Assembly: GCF_001194135.2 (NCBI RefSeq)
Contig: NC_068982.1
Coordinates: 20,495,461 to 20,553,249 of the forward strand
Origin: Octopus bimaculoides
Taxonomy: Eukaryota
Reading direction: 5' to 3'
DNA: 57,789 bases
Below are positions 25,031 through 37,772 of the stretch, one piece after another. The notes beneath the pieces were generated by a model. It made no database searches. It was not told the origin of the DNA and worked only from the letters and a program-made list of their open reading frames with translations. Every line of letters starts with the position of its first letter. Within the stretch, counting starts at the first letter, position 1. The position numbers and the translations under genes are program-made.

Positions 25031-25830
25031 TATTTGGTCGTCCCATAAATAGTGCGGTTTGTTTTTACTTCTTTTATTTTTCAAAATGAGGATAAACAAA
25101 GTTCGTTTTTAATCTAAAATATACTCTCCTTCATTTTCTACCATCTATCTGGCAGACTTGCAAGGCCCCTCTTCTAAAATTCACTTGTCCGTGACGAAAA
25201 ATATTCCTCTGGTACTGTTCTGACCTCGTCTACAGAATTCATATTTTTTCTGTCCAAATGATTTTGAAAACTGCGGAATAAATGATAATCAGATGGGGCA
25301 ATGTCCGGCGAACATGGTTTGTGGGACACCGTTTCTCATTTAAACTGCTTCAACCTTTGGAATGCCATCCTCACTGTTTGTAGTTGAGCATTATCGTGAT
25401 GGAAGAACACCTTTCGTCTTGAAACCAATTTTTTTTCCTTCTAGCGCTGACTTAAACCGCTAAAACTTCTCGCAGTTGATCTCTTTGTAATCATTTCCTT
25501 TCGGTTTAAAAGCTCAAAGCGGACTAAACATTTCATATCTCACTAAACAGATAACAACACCTTGCGTGGGTGAATACCTTCTTTAGCGTGTGGTGCTGGT
25601 GTTTCTCTTTTCCTTACCCAATGTGTTCGGCGCTGGGCCTTTTTATAGAGGGTCCAAAAATGGTTCATCCGTGAGACGTGACAGCAAAGAAGAGCACACG
25701 TTCACTCTCTGCGCGCGATTAGACTCGGACATTTTGAGAGGAACCCATTGATCTAATTAGCTGACCTTTCTGGTGGCACGCACGTGTCGATGAATGGTTA
25801 AATGACCAAATCCAAGTTTTCTGCTATTTC
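25031..25830 (-). mobile_element. Mariner DNA transposon remnant (3' TIR plus decayed transposase)
   Basis: Minus strand, with frameshifts, reads GFGHLTIHRHVRA...SESNRAQRVNVCSSLLSRLTDEPFLD...EGIHPRKVLLSV..DMK and ...NSVDEVRTV.EEYFSSRTSEF*KRGLASLPDRW. Terminal tatttggtcgtcccataaatagtgcgg is mariner-TIR-like. Confidence 0.9.
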
Positions 25831-26217
25831 CTCAGCAGTTAGTGTGTGTGTATGTTTGCGTGATTGTTAGCGTGTGTGTGTATGCGCCAGTGGGCGTGTG
25901 TATGTGCGTTTGTATAAGTGTGTGGGCGAGTCTGAGCGTGTGAGTGCATGCATACGTGTTGTGTGTGTGTGGTGTGTTGGGGGTAGGTGTGCTTACATGT
26001 GTGTGTATNNNNNNNNNNGAGTCTGAGCGTGTGAGTGCATGCATACGTGTTGTGTGTGTGTGGTGTGTTGGGGGTAGGTGTGCTTACATGTGTGTGTATG
26101 GGTGCGTGTATTTTTTGTGTGTGGGTATGTGTGCGTGTAGGTAGGGGTGAGATAAAAAGTGGAAAAAAGTAGTGAGTGTAATAACATATATATTCATGTA
26201 TATATACACCTATACAT

Positions 26218-26628
26218 CGTAGGCATGGCTGTGTAGTAAAAAGGTTGATTCCTAACGACATGGTACCGGGTTCAGTCTCACTGTGGTACCTTCGACAAGT
26301 GTCTACTATTATAGCCTCGGTCCGGGCGGGAAAGATTTGGAATTTACTATATGTAAAGTGAAAGAAACCCATCGTATACATATATGTGTCTGTGTGTGTG
26401 TGTATGTGTGTGTGTGTATCTGTGTTTGTTGGTCCACCATCATCGCCTGACAATCAATGCTGGTGTGTTTACAATCCCGTAACTTATCAGTTCGGCAAAG
26501 AAGCCAATAGAATAAGTACTAGGCTTACAAAGAAGAAGGTCTGTGGTCGGTTTCTTCGACTAAAATCCCTTTAAGTGGGTGCTCCAACATGGCCGCAGTC
26601 AAATGACCGAAATGAGTAAAAGAATAAA
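26218..26628 (+). mobile_element. SINE family 1, diverged copy
   Basis: catggctgtgtagtaa...ccgggttcagtc...acaagtgtct...atagaataagtactaggcttacaaagaa...gtgctccaacatggccgcagtcaaatgac. Confidence 0.88.
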
Positions 26629-28280
26629 TGCGCAGACGAATATATATATATATGTACTATGTGCGTGTGTATGTGTGTGTATGTATGTATCGNNNNNNNN
26701 NNTATATATAATATCAACACAAACTAGTGAGACGAAGTAATAAAAAAAAATGAACGTGAGAAATACACACAGAAATTCATTGGTGATTAATTTACACCGA
26801 GAAATGTGTTTTCATTGGTGTAGCGTTACCCAATTATTAGAATGACTGCATCTCTTGACAAATACAGGAATGTTTTAATTCACTTAACTTGAAGATGTAT
26901 ATGTTTTCTTACAAAAATCGCAATTCAGTGTGTTACTATGCCATCAATTTAAGAACATATGAATTGTTTTTTTTTTACACCACGCTTACTTATACGATCT
27001 AATACGTTCACCACTAGCGTGCATTTCCTTTCTTTACACAAGACATCTCAACATTGTATTCTCATATTTCTCTCAGTAACGCTATATACCATATTGTTAA
27101 CGGCAGAGCTTAAGCCTTAGGCAGCATTTGTGAATTCTGCATTTACCTTAATTGCTTTTACAATAACAATATTTTATTTTTGCGGCAAAACTTAAGATCA
27201 CTATTTACTCATAAAAGTGCGTAATTTATTGTAATTGCCCGAGTAGACACTAAGCAGGAATGAATACTCTAGCTATAACTATCTAATATTTTTTTATATT
27301 TTTTAGATATAATGTCTGTAGGACTATATTGCCTAATTTAAAATCTTAAATACTGTATTATCAGTCTTGTGTAAGTGTCTTGGCTGCATAGAGCATTAAA
27401 AGTGTCTTGGTTGTTTAATTTTATTTAGTTTACACAGTTACAGCAGCCTATGTGTTTTGACAATTTCCACTACATAAAAATCAACAGATATTATTATTAT
27501 TATCATTATTGTTTTGTTTTTAGTGAAATCAACAAATCATCTCAATGTCTGTTTCTCGATGCATATTTCCTTCCGATTAAAAATGTAGAAAATGTCTATT
27601 ATGACTCAGCTGCATTCATGTAATGCATTGCTAAGTTAGGAGAAATCATCATTAATGGTCTTCCTCCAAAACATTCATTTTGTTCCTAAAAAATATCCTG
27701 GATGAGGCAATTAATGATGTAAATTACTATGATGGATGAAATATGTCTCTAATTAACATTCTGAGAATACTCACTATGAATGTAAATTGACTTCCGCCTG
27801 TTTGGTAATATTTTTCTTGTCCTGAAAGCTTAAAGATTTTTCTCATTTAAATAAGAAGTTTGCTTTTGTAAAATGAACCAAATTTAAAATCATGTTAACC
27901 CTCGTAATAATAAAGATTTTATTTGTTCCTCCAGGAAATATAGTCGAAGCCCAAATTTGAAGTATTAGAGATTTCCTATGAAATATCCTTGTGTATTTGA
28001 TTAATAATAATTTGGTATTATGTTTAATTAAGCTATACGTCTAGTATCATGTTTATGTCTATATAGTTAATTATCTTGTAAATTGTTAAATATATGTGAT
28101 ATGCAATAAAACGTATACACTTTGTCTTTTCCAATACACATAATTCACATTTAACGTTATATTCAATCCTAGTAATGTTTTCTTGTATTCGATCCTGGTA
28201 AAGAAAAATGAGAGCTTCGATCTATTCTAAAGCACATTAATGCATTTCATTTACGTAAAAATGAGCAAATATGATGTAAC

Positions 28281-28460
28281 TTATTGTTATGTCTTAAGCT
28301 ACTGCTATCTCGCACCTTCGGATGATCTCTACTCAACCGTTACACGACGGCTACTCAACCGTTACACGACGGCTACTCAACCCCTCTACCACGGCCAGAC
28401 TACCTTTATTTATATGTCTTGGGCGATCCTACTTCTTCGCTTGGGGGCGTCGACACAACA
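28281..28460 (-). repeat. Dispersed repeat, copy 2 (homologous to 7173-7294) with internal 22-bp tandem duplication
   Basis: gggcgtcgacacaaca at 28445-60; ctactcaaccgttacacgacgg x2 plus a partial copy at 28329-28382. Confidence 0.75.
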
Positions 28461-30009
28461 CTTATATAGATTTTATGACGCATTCTTGAATATTAGCCAT
28501 GAGTTTGATGCAGTCGGACATATGCAAAATCGTACGAATTTCTTTATTCGGAACGTATTTTAAGTGGTTGGAGGCTAAAACACCTTTGCGCAAACAGCAT
28601 TTGATATAATACAATATACAATAAAGAAAATATATAGTAATGTAAACGATTTGGCTCTTTATTATCGTTCGAAATTCCATCATTCATAAAATTTGCTTAA
28701 ATTAATGGAAACAATATAAACTTCCAGCCTCACATTTAACATAATATATATATATATATATATATATACTGTCCTTTTTGTAAGATATATACTTTCAATA
28801 TAAATTGTTTCTATGTTTGTTTATCGTCACTACGATATTTATCGTGTTAAAATAATTTGAATATCTTTCCGGTATTGAACTCTTATAAGCAGCTCAGATT
28901 TATGACCAAATTATCTAATGAAATAAATTATACAATAAAGATCTCCTAATCATAATCATATCGGTGTCTTGGGATGCACGTTTTAGCGGGGTTTTGAAAT
29001 TGTGTTGAGGACAATTTATTAGAGAAATTCTCAACTGTTTGTTTCGTTTCGCTTTTAGCGGAACAATAATTCTGGAACACATTTTTCAGTCACTCTGTTT
29101 CGGATGGCTGAGGCAGCATGAGCGATATCATGGAATATCCCTCACCCAACTCAATCAATATTCATCGTATTCGTTTGTCGTATTACCTTAATGTCTGAAA
29201 ACCAAAAGTTGGATTGATATGATAGTTGTAGGTTAAAATAAGAAAAAAGACTATCATGCAGGAAAATCTAAGAATCAACCAGAACAAGTACAAAAGCCAA
29301 TATCAAGGGTATCCTCACCAAAACTAGCACCAAATCGGAACACAAGGAAAAGCAAAATCAACGCTATGAAGACGTTGTGTATCCAGAGGGAGCAGGATAT
29401 ATACACGTATGTATAATTGCACGCACACACACACACGCACACACACACACACATACACACACACGCAAACACACATGCACACACATACACACATACACAC
29501 ATACACACACACACACACACACAAAGAAACAAACATATGTGCGTATTTGTGTGTTTCTATATACAACGGCTTTCATTAGACAAGGTAGATAAAGAAAAAG
29601 TCGATCACATAATGAAATAAACTTTTTATTTTTTAGGGCATCCTTCACGGCGGATTTGAAAAGAATAGTCTGCGATTTCATTTCAAACTGATTCACTTGT
29701 ACACTGTTTTTCTTCCATGCTACTTACAGTTCGGTAATCTTGCTATCGAGCTTTTACTAAGAAGAACATATATGTATAGAACATGAATATTACTGAATAC
29801 TAGGGTAAACAAATTTAAGAGATTTCATTCCAAGAGTTCATTTTCTTGCGTATGATACCTTAATCGTATGACATTGTTCTCCGTTCTCCGGAAAACATTG
29901 GCCTTCTTGTAAACTTTTGTGTAGGAATAAAGTGGTAATGGATTTTTATCCACTATTTTACAACATTTCAGTTGATTTTGATTAAAAAAATTAGATATAT
30001 CTTGCGTGT

Positions 30010-30150
30010 TACATATACTGCCTCACCCCATAACAACAAATCTTTTCTTTGTCTGGTTTATGAAAACAACCAGGCTTCTCTATTTTGGAATTTCGTTACA
30101 TCTGTTTGTTTTCTACACTACCTGTCTTCGTCTGTTTTTTTTTTGTGAAT
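30010..30150 (+). repeat. Isolated 3' tail fragment of the repeat also ending at ~38885
   Basis: The cctgtcttcgtc(t)...tttttt(c/g)tg(t/)aa(a/)tt terminus is shared with 38850-38883. Confidence 0.45.
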
Positions 30151-30157
30151 TCTCCCT

Positions 30158-30216
<59 letters not shown>

Positions 30217-30255
30217 TGTGTGTGTAGAGAGATAGAGAGAGAGAGAGAGAAAGAG

Positions 30256-30309
<54 letters not shown>

Positions 30310-30754
30310 AGCAAATGGAATACATGACATTCTTTATTGAGCACTACGATCGTTTTCGCAAATTGTGCATCCATCCCTCGCGAGTGACATACTGTACAAG
30401 TAGCTGTCGTGCACCACTCGGTGCAGATATGCCTCATCAGGTGACTTCTCAAAAGTGGCACGTTTTTATATCTTCGATTCGCTTATTTCGATTTTCTGAA
30501 GTAAGTCCAGTGGCATTGAAATCCATACTGTTGATGACATCAGTTAGCCGGTTACAGTGAACGAGCTTTAAACGACATACTACAAAGCTTATACACAAAT
30601 TTAAAATCATTAGTTATAAAAAAAAAAAGTAGAGAAACCGTTTGTTCATAAATGACCATGCACCTAGAAAGCTCCCATCCGAGGTACAAGTCCGGGCAAA
30701 ATTGTTTATAGAAGGCCAGCAGTCGCACATGCATATCAGCCTCTCCTCTCCTAA

Positions 30755-30915
30755 CTACAGACATTACTCAAGGGAAACTCAAACGCCAGTACAGTGCAGC
30801 ACTAATAAGGTCGGTACTCATTTCTACAGCTGAGTAAAATGAACACAACTCAAGAACACAACACACAGCCATTCCTGTGAGCCCGATGGTGTAACGACTC
30901 AGCCATACGCCTTCA
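30755..30915 (-). mobile_element. Highly decayed SINE head remnant
   Basis: Minus strand gtgaaggcgtatggctgagtcgtta...gtgttgtgttcttgag...actcagctgtagaaatgagtacc resembles a tRNA-derived SINE head/core. Confidence 0.4.
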
Positions 30916-30958
30916 CATAGGCTACTTATACATGCACACATACACACGCAAGCACATG

Positions 30959-31007
<49 letters not shown>

Positions 31008-31341
31008 NNNNNNNNNNNNNNNNNNNNNNNNNNNNNNNNNNNNNNNNNNNNNNNNNNNNNNNNNNNNNNNNNNNNNNNNNNNNNNNNNNNNNNNNNNNNN
31101 NNNNNNNNNNNNNNNNNNNNNNNNNNNNNNNNNNNNNNNNNNNNNNNNNNNNNNNNNNNNNNNNNNNNNNNNNNNNNNNNNNNNNNNNNNNNNNNNNNNN
31201 NNNNNNNNNNNNNNNNNNNNNNNNNNNNNNNNNNNNNNNNNNNNNNNNNNNNNNNNNNNNNNNNNNNNNNNNNNNNNNNNNNNNNNNNNNNNNNNNNNNN
31301 NNNNNNNNNNNNNNNNNNNNNNNNNNNNNNNNNNNNNNNNN

Positions 31342-31580
31342 AAGAACTCATCGATGAAAATCCACTATCGCATATAGAAAAATTAACAATTAAAAGCACA
31401 ATAAATGAGTATAATATAAAGCAAAGTAAATATCATAAGATAAATATAATATTATATAATATAATATAAATATTATATTTATCTTATGATATTTACTTTG
31501 CTTTATATTATACTCATTTATTGTGCTTTTAATTGTTAATTTTTCTATATGCGATAGTGGATTTTCATCGATGAGTTCTT
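31342..31580. repeat. Perfect 112-bp inverted repeat with 15-nt spacer, abutting an N gap
   Basis: 31342-31453 is the exact reverse complement of 31469-31580. Confidence 0.95.
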
Positions 31581-33212
31581 GAAACTTGGTTATTTTCCCT
31601 AAAACTATATATTTTATATATATATATATACATACAGGTGTGTATATATGAATTTATGTATGTGTATGTATGTATATATATGTATATAGATACATGTACG
31701 CATATTTTCCTGGAAGTTGCGAAGGTGGGCGGAATTTATTTTCTTCAGACCATTTATTTGTGAACTAAACATTGACTCCTTTTCCGTTTGTGACCATTAT
31801 AATTTCATTTGACATTCAAACAATTGAAATATTTCATGAAAACTTTTGTAAGTATGCAACGTTTCTACAATTAGTCATACGCTATAGTGGTATATATTTG
31901 AAATATACAAATTCTCTTCTAATTGAATGCCCCAATATAACATTTCAGCAGCGAAGTAGATTTATTTTTAAATCAACAAGGCATGCCTGCAATTCAAGAT
32001 TTGAGAGTTTTATTCAATGTTTGGTTGTTGTTATCGTAAATTTCATGTTTATAGAATTGACTTTTCCAAACTTATTCTACTAGTTGAATCGCCTACATGT
32101 AAATTCATGAGCGTTCCTTTCTTCCTTCTTCAAATTCTAACCATATACTTAATCTGATGTATAATATCTATCTTCAAAGAAGTGGAACAATGTTCTGAAT
32201 AAAAATTCCCTTCTGACATAACTGTTCGACGTTCTATACATACATAAATACATACATAAATACATACATACATACATGCACATATANNNNNNNNNNNNNN
32301 NNNNNNNNNNNNNNNNNNNNNNNNNNNNNNNNNNNNNNNNNNNNNNNNNNNNNNNNNNNNNNNNNNNNNNNNNNNNNNNNNNNNNNNNNNNNNNNNNNNN
32401 NNNNNNNNNNNNNNNNNNNNNNNNNNNNNNNNNNNNNNNNNNNNNNNNNNNNNNNNNNNNNNNNNNNNNNNNNNNNNNNNNNNNNNNNNNNNNNNNNNNN
32501 NNNNNNNNNNNNNNNNNNNNNNNNNNNNNNNNNNNNNNNNNNNNNNNNNNNNNNNNNNNNNNNNNNNNNNNNNNNNNNNNNNNNNNNNNNNNNNNNNNNN
32601 NNNNNNNNNNNNNNNNNNNNNNNNNNNNNNNNNNNNNNNNNNNNNNNNNNNNNNNNNNNNNNNNNNNNNNNNNNNNNNNNNNNNNNNNNNNNNNNNNNNN
32701 NNNNNNNNNNNNNNNNNNNNNNNNNNNNNNNNNNNNNNNNNNNNNNNNNNNNNNNNNNNNNNNNNNNNNNNNNNNNNNNNNNNNNNNNNNNNNNNNNNNN
32801 NNNNNNNNNNNNNNNNNNNNNNNNNNNNNNNNNNNNNNNNNNNNNNNNNNNNNNNNNNNNNNNNNNNNNNNNNNNNNNNNNNNNNNNNNNNNNNNNNNNN
32901 NNNNNNNNNNNNNNNNNNNNNNNNNNNNNNNNNNNNNNNNNNNNNNNNNNNNNNNNNNNNNNNNNNNNNNNNNNNNNNNNNNNNNNNNNNNNNNNNNNNN
33001 NNNNNNNNNNNNNNNNNNNNNNNNNNNNNNNNNNNNNNNNNNNNNNNNNNNNNNNNNNNNNNNNNNNNNNNNNNNNNNNNNNNNNNNNNNNNNNNNNNNN
33101 NNNNNNNNNNNNNNNNNNNNNNNNNNNNNNNNNNNNNNNNNNNNNNNNNNNNNNNNNNNNNNNNNNNNNNNNNNNNNNNNNNNNNNNNNNNNNNNNNNNN
33201 NNNNNNNNNNNN

Positions 33213-33257
<45 letters not shown>

Positions 33258-34366
33258 GCACATACACCTAACTAGGCAATCCGCTTACCTAATGCCGCTG
33301 GTATTTCAATATTAGTGCGCATCCAATAAATTTATGTTTGTGTTCGTGTTTATGTGTGTGTTTCTTTTACGTGTGTCTACTGACTTTTTTTTTGTGTGTG
33401 AGCCTTACTACACAAATATGCATTCATACATATATTGTAAAAGTGTAGTAAGATGGAATGCAAAGCATGTTGAAAAACTTTTGTTTGGAGGCTACATTGC
33501 GAAATTTTGAGTGCCTCTTGTACTAAACTTCTGTTATGCTTATTCAAGTTTCCCAGACTACAGAATAGATTCTCCATATGCAAAGATTATCTTTACATTG
33601 TCCTAAATTAATTATGCTCACCTTATGCAGTAAAATATTTCAGTTAGTTTGGAACGCTTCGTTGTGTTGATTGTTTGATATATCTGAAGATAGCAGGAAA
33701 TAATGCGCCTGTTGTATATTCAGGTTGAGTATGCCACACATGCTTAGGTTTTACTGCATGGATTTAGTTTGAAGAAGTTGGACGATGGGGAGTAAATATT
33801 TGAATTGGGCTTTCTCTTATATCAAATGTTCGATTATTGGAACTGAAAACTGAAATGATGTAAAGATAGTTCTTGAATTACAATATAATTATTCATTTGG
33901 TCCATCCCATAGGGTTTCCAAAAGAAGTTAGCATGTAGGGAGAACTAGGTTTTCATCAGAAGCATTAATTGCTGAATAAACCTGTCATCCTCTCTGCAGA
34001 AGGTTCTCCTGATATTGTTGTACGCACATTTGTCTGCAAGGTAGCAAATTTGATAGGTTATCTCTACAAGCACATGCTGAATATAATCGGCCTACTTTTA
34101 TGAAATACATTTTCAGAAAATATACCGTTCTTTATGCATATATACACGCATTCACACATGAGTATACGTGATTGCGTGTGTATGTATGGATATTTATTAC
34201 TTATCTTACACCTCCCTTTGTGTAATTATAAAATTTTATAAACGTATTCACACATACTCATGCATACATATATATTTATATGTGTATAGATACAAATATA
34301 TATGCATGTATATATGTATACATATATCCACATATATATATATGTGCATACATATATATATATTTG

Positions 34367-34407
<41 letters not shown>

Positions 34408-34504
34408 ATCCTTGTAATATTTGGAAATTAAATTCAATGCATAAGGGCGGGTATATTGCAGTGTGCTTGGTTTGAATTTGAGTGGGCTTAAAGGAGGCAG
34501 AAAC

Positions 34505-34929
34505 GCCCATGAAAATTCATTACTTTCCGATGTTCATGAAATTTCAACCATAATTAATAGACACAAACCAAGAAGTATTCTCAAAGTTTCCGCTTCTCAT
34601 GACGATTCTAAAACCCCTTAATGGGAGCCTTAACTCTCAAATTTTAGTCATTTTTTATGATCTAAAAGAAGATAAAAAGTATTAAATGGTTCTTTATGAA
34701 AGCTGGAAATTATATTCTATGCATAAGAGCAGTTGAAATGCAGTATATGTTTGAAAGTGAGGTGGAAACATAAGGCTATAACCCCATGAAAATTCCTATA
34801 TCTTTGCTGTTGATGAAATTTTAACCATAGATATTAGGCGCAATGATGTAATATTCCTAAAATTTCGACTTCTTATGATGTTAGTAAGACCACTTAACGG
34901 GGGTTTAACACTCACAATTTAGTCGTTTT
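34505..34929. repeat. Degenerate direct repeat, ~276-bp period
   Basis: cccatgaaaattc...tgatgaaattt.aaccata...cttct.atga...cttaa.ggg..ttaac.ctca.a.tttagtc at 34505-34655 and 34781-34929. Partial copies lie near 35620-35705 and 35855-35920. Confidence 0.7.
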
Positions 34930-35994
34930 ACCTAAGCCAAAACGAATGTAATTGTAGTCTTGGAAGCTGTAGATTCAACCGAGGATACAAAATGAGCGTT
35001 ATTTGTAATTCAATGGTATAAGAGTTTGCTTTGAGATACACTTAGATTGTCATTTCTTCAATGTGGTGCGTAAATTGTCAAGTAAAGGAGAGGCATCTTT
35101 GCCTCCACTGATTCAGCTGCAAAGTATTATTTTAGGTAAAGTTATTTGGTTGCAGACCTCCTTTGAGTCATGTTATTATCACTGGTTCGGAGACAGTCCC
35201 CAGATAGTAACAATGATTTCAAAGCATTTCCAGATAAGTGAGTGGCTATTCAAAGGGATTTATAGATTGCAAATTTATTATGTTCGGGTACCTATTGGTA
35301 TATTGATCATTGTCAAATTCCAGCAGTGACACTTTCATTTCTCCTTAGCCCTCGCGTCACATGGTTGTTAATGTTTACTTGAGTTGAGGCACGCTCTTCC
35401 AATTGCTATAGATCCGTAACGTATCTTACGGCTGTGCCGGTCACCTGTACGGTGATGAATCATACACTGGGGAGTGGTAACGACTAGGGTAGGGTAGCTG
35501 ACTACTTATTGTAATCATTCGTCTTTTGGTTTCCTCTAGCTTTGCTCTCTTTTACAAACACAGTGAATATTCATATATTTCCGATTTCAAAAAAATTGGA
35601 ACAATATACATGACACAAGTTAGAAAACATTCCCATCAATTCAACTTCTGTGGTTGAGTTTAAGACTCCACCTAATCGGGGCCTTAACCCCCACATTTTA
35701 GAGCTCCATGTACTCCATGTGCTCCATTTTCAGGAGCAAAAACCTTTGAATCGGTTTTATAAGATTTGGATTTTGGAATCTGGGCATAAACATGAGTAAT
35801 ATGGGATAAATATGTCATAATTATAATTTTCATTAGGGTGTGTAAAGAGGGAAAGAACTCCCATTAAAGTTCTTAATCTCCTATTTTGATGAAATTCGTA
35901 TCATAGGTATTCCAGTTCATTAGAGAAAATATTAAACAAAGTCTAATTCTTCAATTCCATGTGACACATGCAATGCCGTGTATCTCTGCTAGTA

Positions 35995-35997
<3 letters not shown>

Positions 35998-36076
<79 letters not shown>
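35998..36076. repeat. (TCTA)n tetranucleotide microsatellite
   Basis: Directly visible. Confidence 0.95.
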
Positions 36077-36077
<1 letters not shown>

Positions 36078-37724
36078 ATATCTATATATATATATATTTA
36101 TTATTATTTCTAAGTCTCTCTAAAGGAGTCCACGGCAGCGGTACTGGAAATTGTTGGCTTGGCGATAACTATTATATATATATATATTCGTATGTGTGTG
36201 TATAAATGTGTGTCTACGTGTGTGTATATATCCGTGTGTGTGTGTGTGTGTGTATCGTCGCACTGCCATTTTTAGTTTGGTCCCTGTATACGATATAGCA
36301 ATACAAGGCACATTGTTGAGAAAATACAAAAAAATGGCAAATTATTATATACAATGCTTAATCTTTAAGGTAATGTTGTCTAAATAAAAACAAATTAATA
36401 AATGAATTACCAAATCCAATTAAAAAAGTTATAAACCATCACTGATCAATGGTAGCATCGTATTTGTGAGAGGAAATCAATTATCATTCATTTAGACGTC
36501 AAAAGTGCGTCACTTTTCATGTTGTAAACATCTTTAACATCAAACGATTTGTTCCGTTACATTCCTTTGAGTATTACTAGGTTTGATGTTTTGGAAAATG
36601 TCATCATGTGCTTAAAAGTTGAAAGTAATTTTTTAAAGAGATCTGTTATAATTATTTAAAAGAGTGCAACAAAATATCTCTTAAATCACTGCTTGCTTTC
36701 AGAAATAAAATTAACATTACCATGTATGGTATGCTGTGTTACAAAATATCTTACAAAACACCATTTTTGTTTTTTTTTGTATTTGAAAGAAGAAACAATA
36801 TCTAAAGCTGTCGAATGCACAATGCATAAAATGAGATGCAAGTGGAAGTTATATTTACTTAAATAATATTCCTATGATGAATATTCGGAATGAAAAAAAT
36901 CAAGAAATATAAGCAAAAATGTGATGCAATTACATACGAATTATGTATAGTCAACAATACATACAATTCTTTTGTTTCACTAAAACCTTAGATAATGCTC
37001 GTGAAAATTATAGTTTCATCATGCATACCCATAAGTGACTACACTACGCATTTATATCAAGTATGTTATGCAATATCGAAAATGTATAAGTGACTACGAT
37101 AGGCTTTCATATCACGTATGTTAAAACAAAAGCAAAAATGCATGTACAGTCAAACAATTCAGAGTGTGCTCAGCTCATTTTCCAGGGCCTCCTATCCATA
37201 TAATTCAACTACAAAAGGAAATGTTCGATAATTTGTTGTACCTAGACGAAATATCACGTACTCGTGAATATCGTCTCTCAAATAATTGAGGAAACTGAAT
37301 GTAGACCAGCGATATGAGTGGAGCAATACAACTTTGAATATAACGGAATGAATTGCAAATGAAATCTCTACTGATACGCTAATTACAAAAATACTGTTCC
37401 AGAGGAAACCTCATCTTAAATATCCTTTTTTACATATTCCCACGACACTTAAGCAAATTTCTGAACCAATACAGAAGAAGGAGAACTACAAAAGTGCTAA
37501 ACAAATAGCAACAATTTATTAAAACCGTTACCAGTGAAATACTAGCATCAATACACCGTCTCTAATAAATGCTAAAACGAAGAAAAAGTACGTATAATTG
37601 AGCCATTTACTTACAAAATCACCAAATCAAATATCCTTTCATATAAAATAAGTAATGAAAACAAATTTGTTACACACACGCGCGCACACACACACACGCA
37701 CACACACACACGCACTAACACACA

Positions 37725-37769
<45 letters not shown>

Positions 37770-37772
37770 TAG

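Noticed and set aside
25928-26099. ~81-bp exact direct duplication
   Set aside because: It flanks a 10-N placeholder gap, typical of an unmerged contig overlap.
28329-28382. CRISPR-like repeat-spacer pattern (ctactcaacc x3)
   Set aside because: The 'spacers' are identical, so this is a simple 22-bp tandem duplication. The DNA is eukaryotic and has no cas genes.
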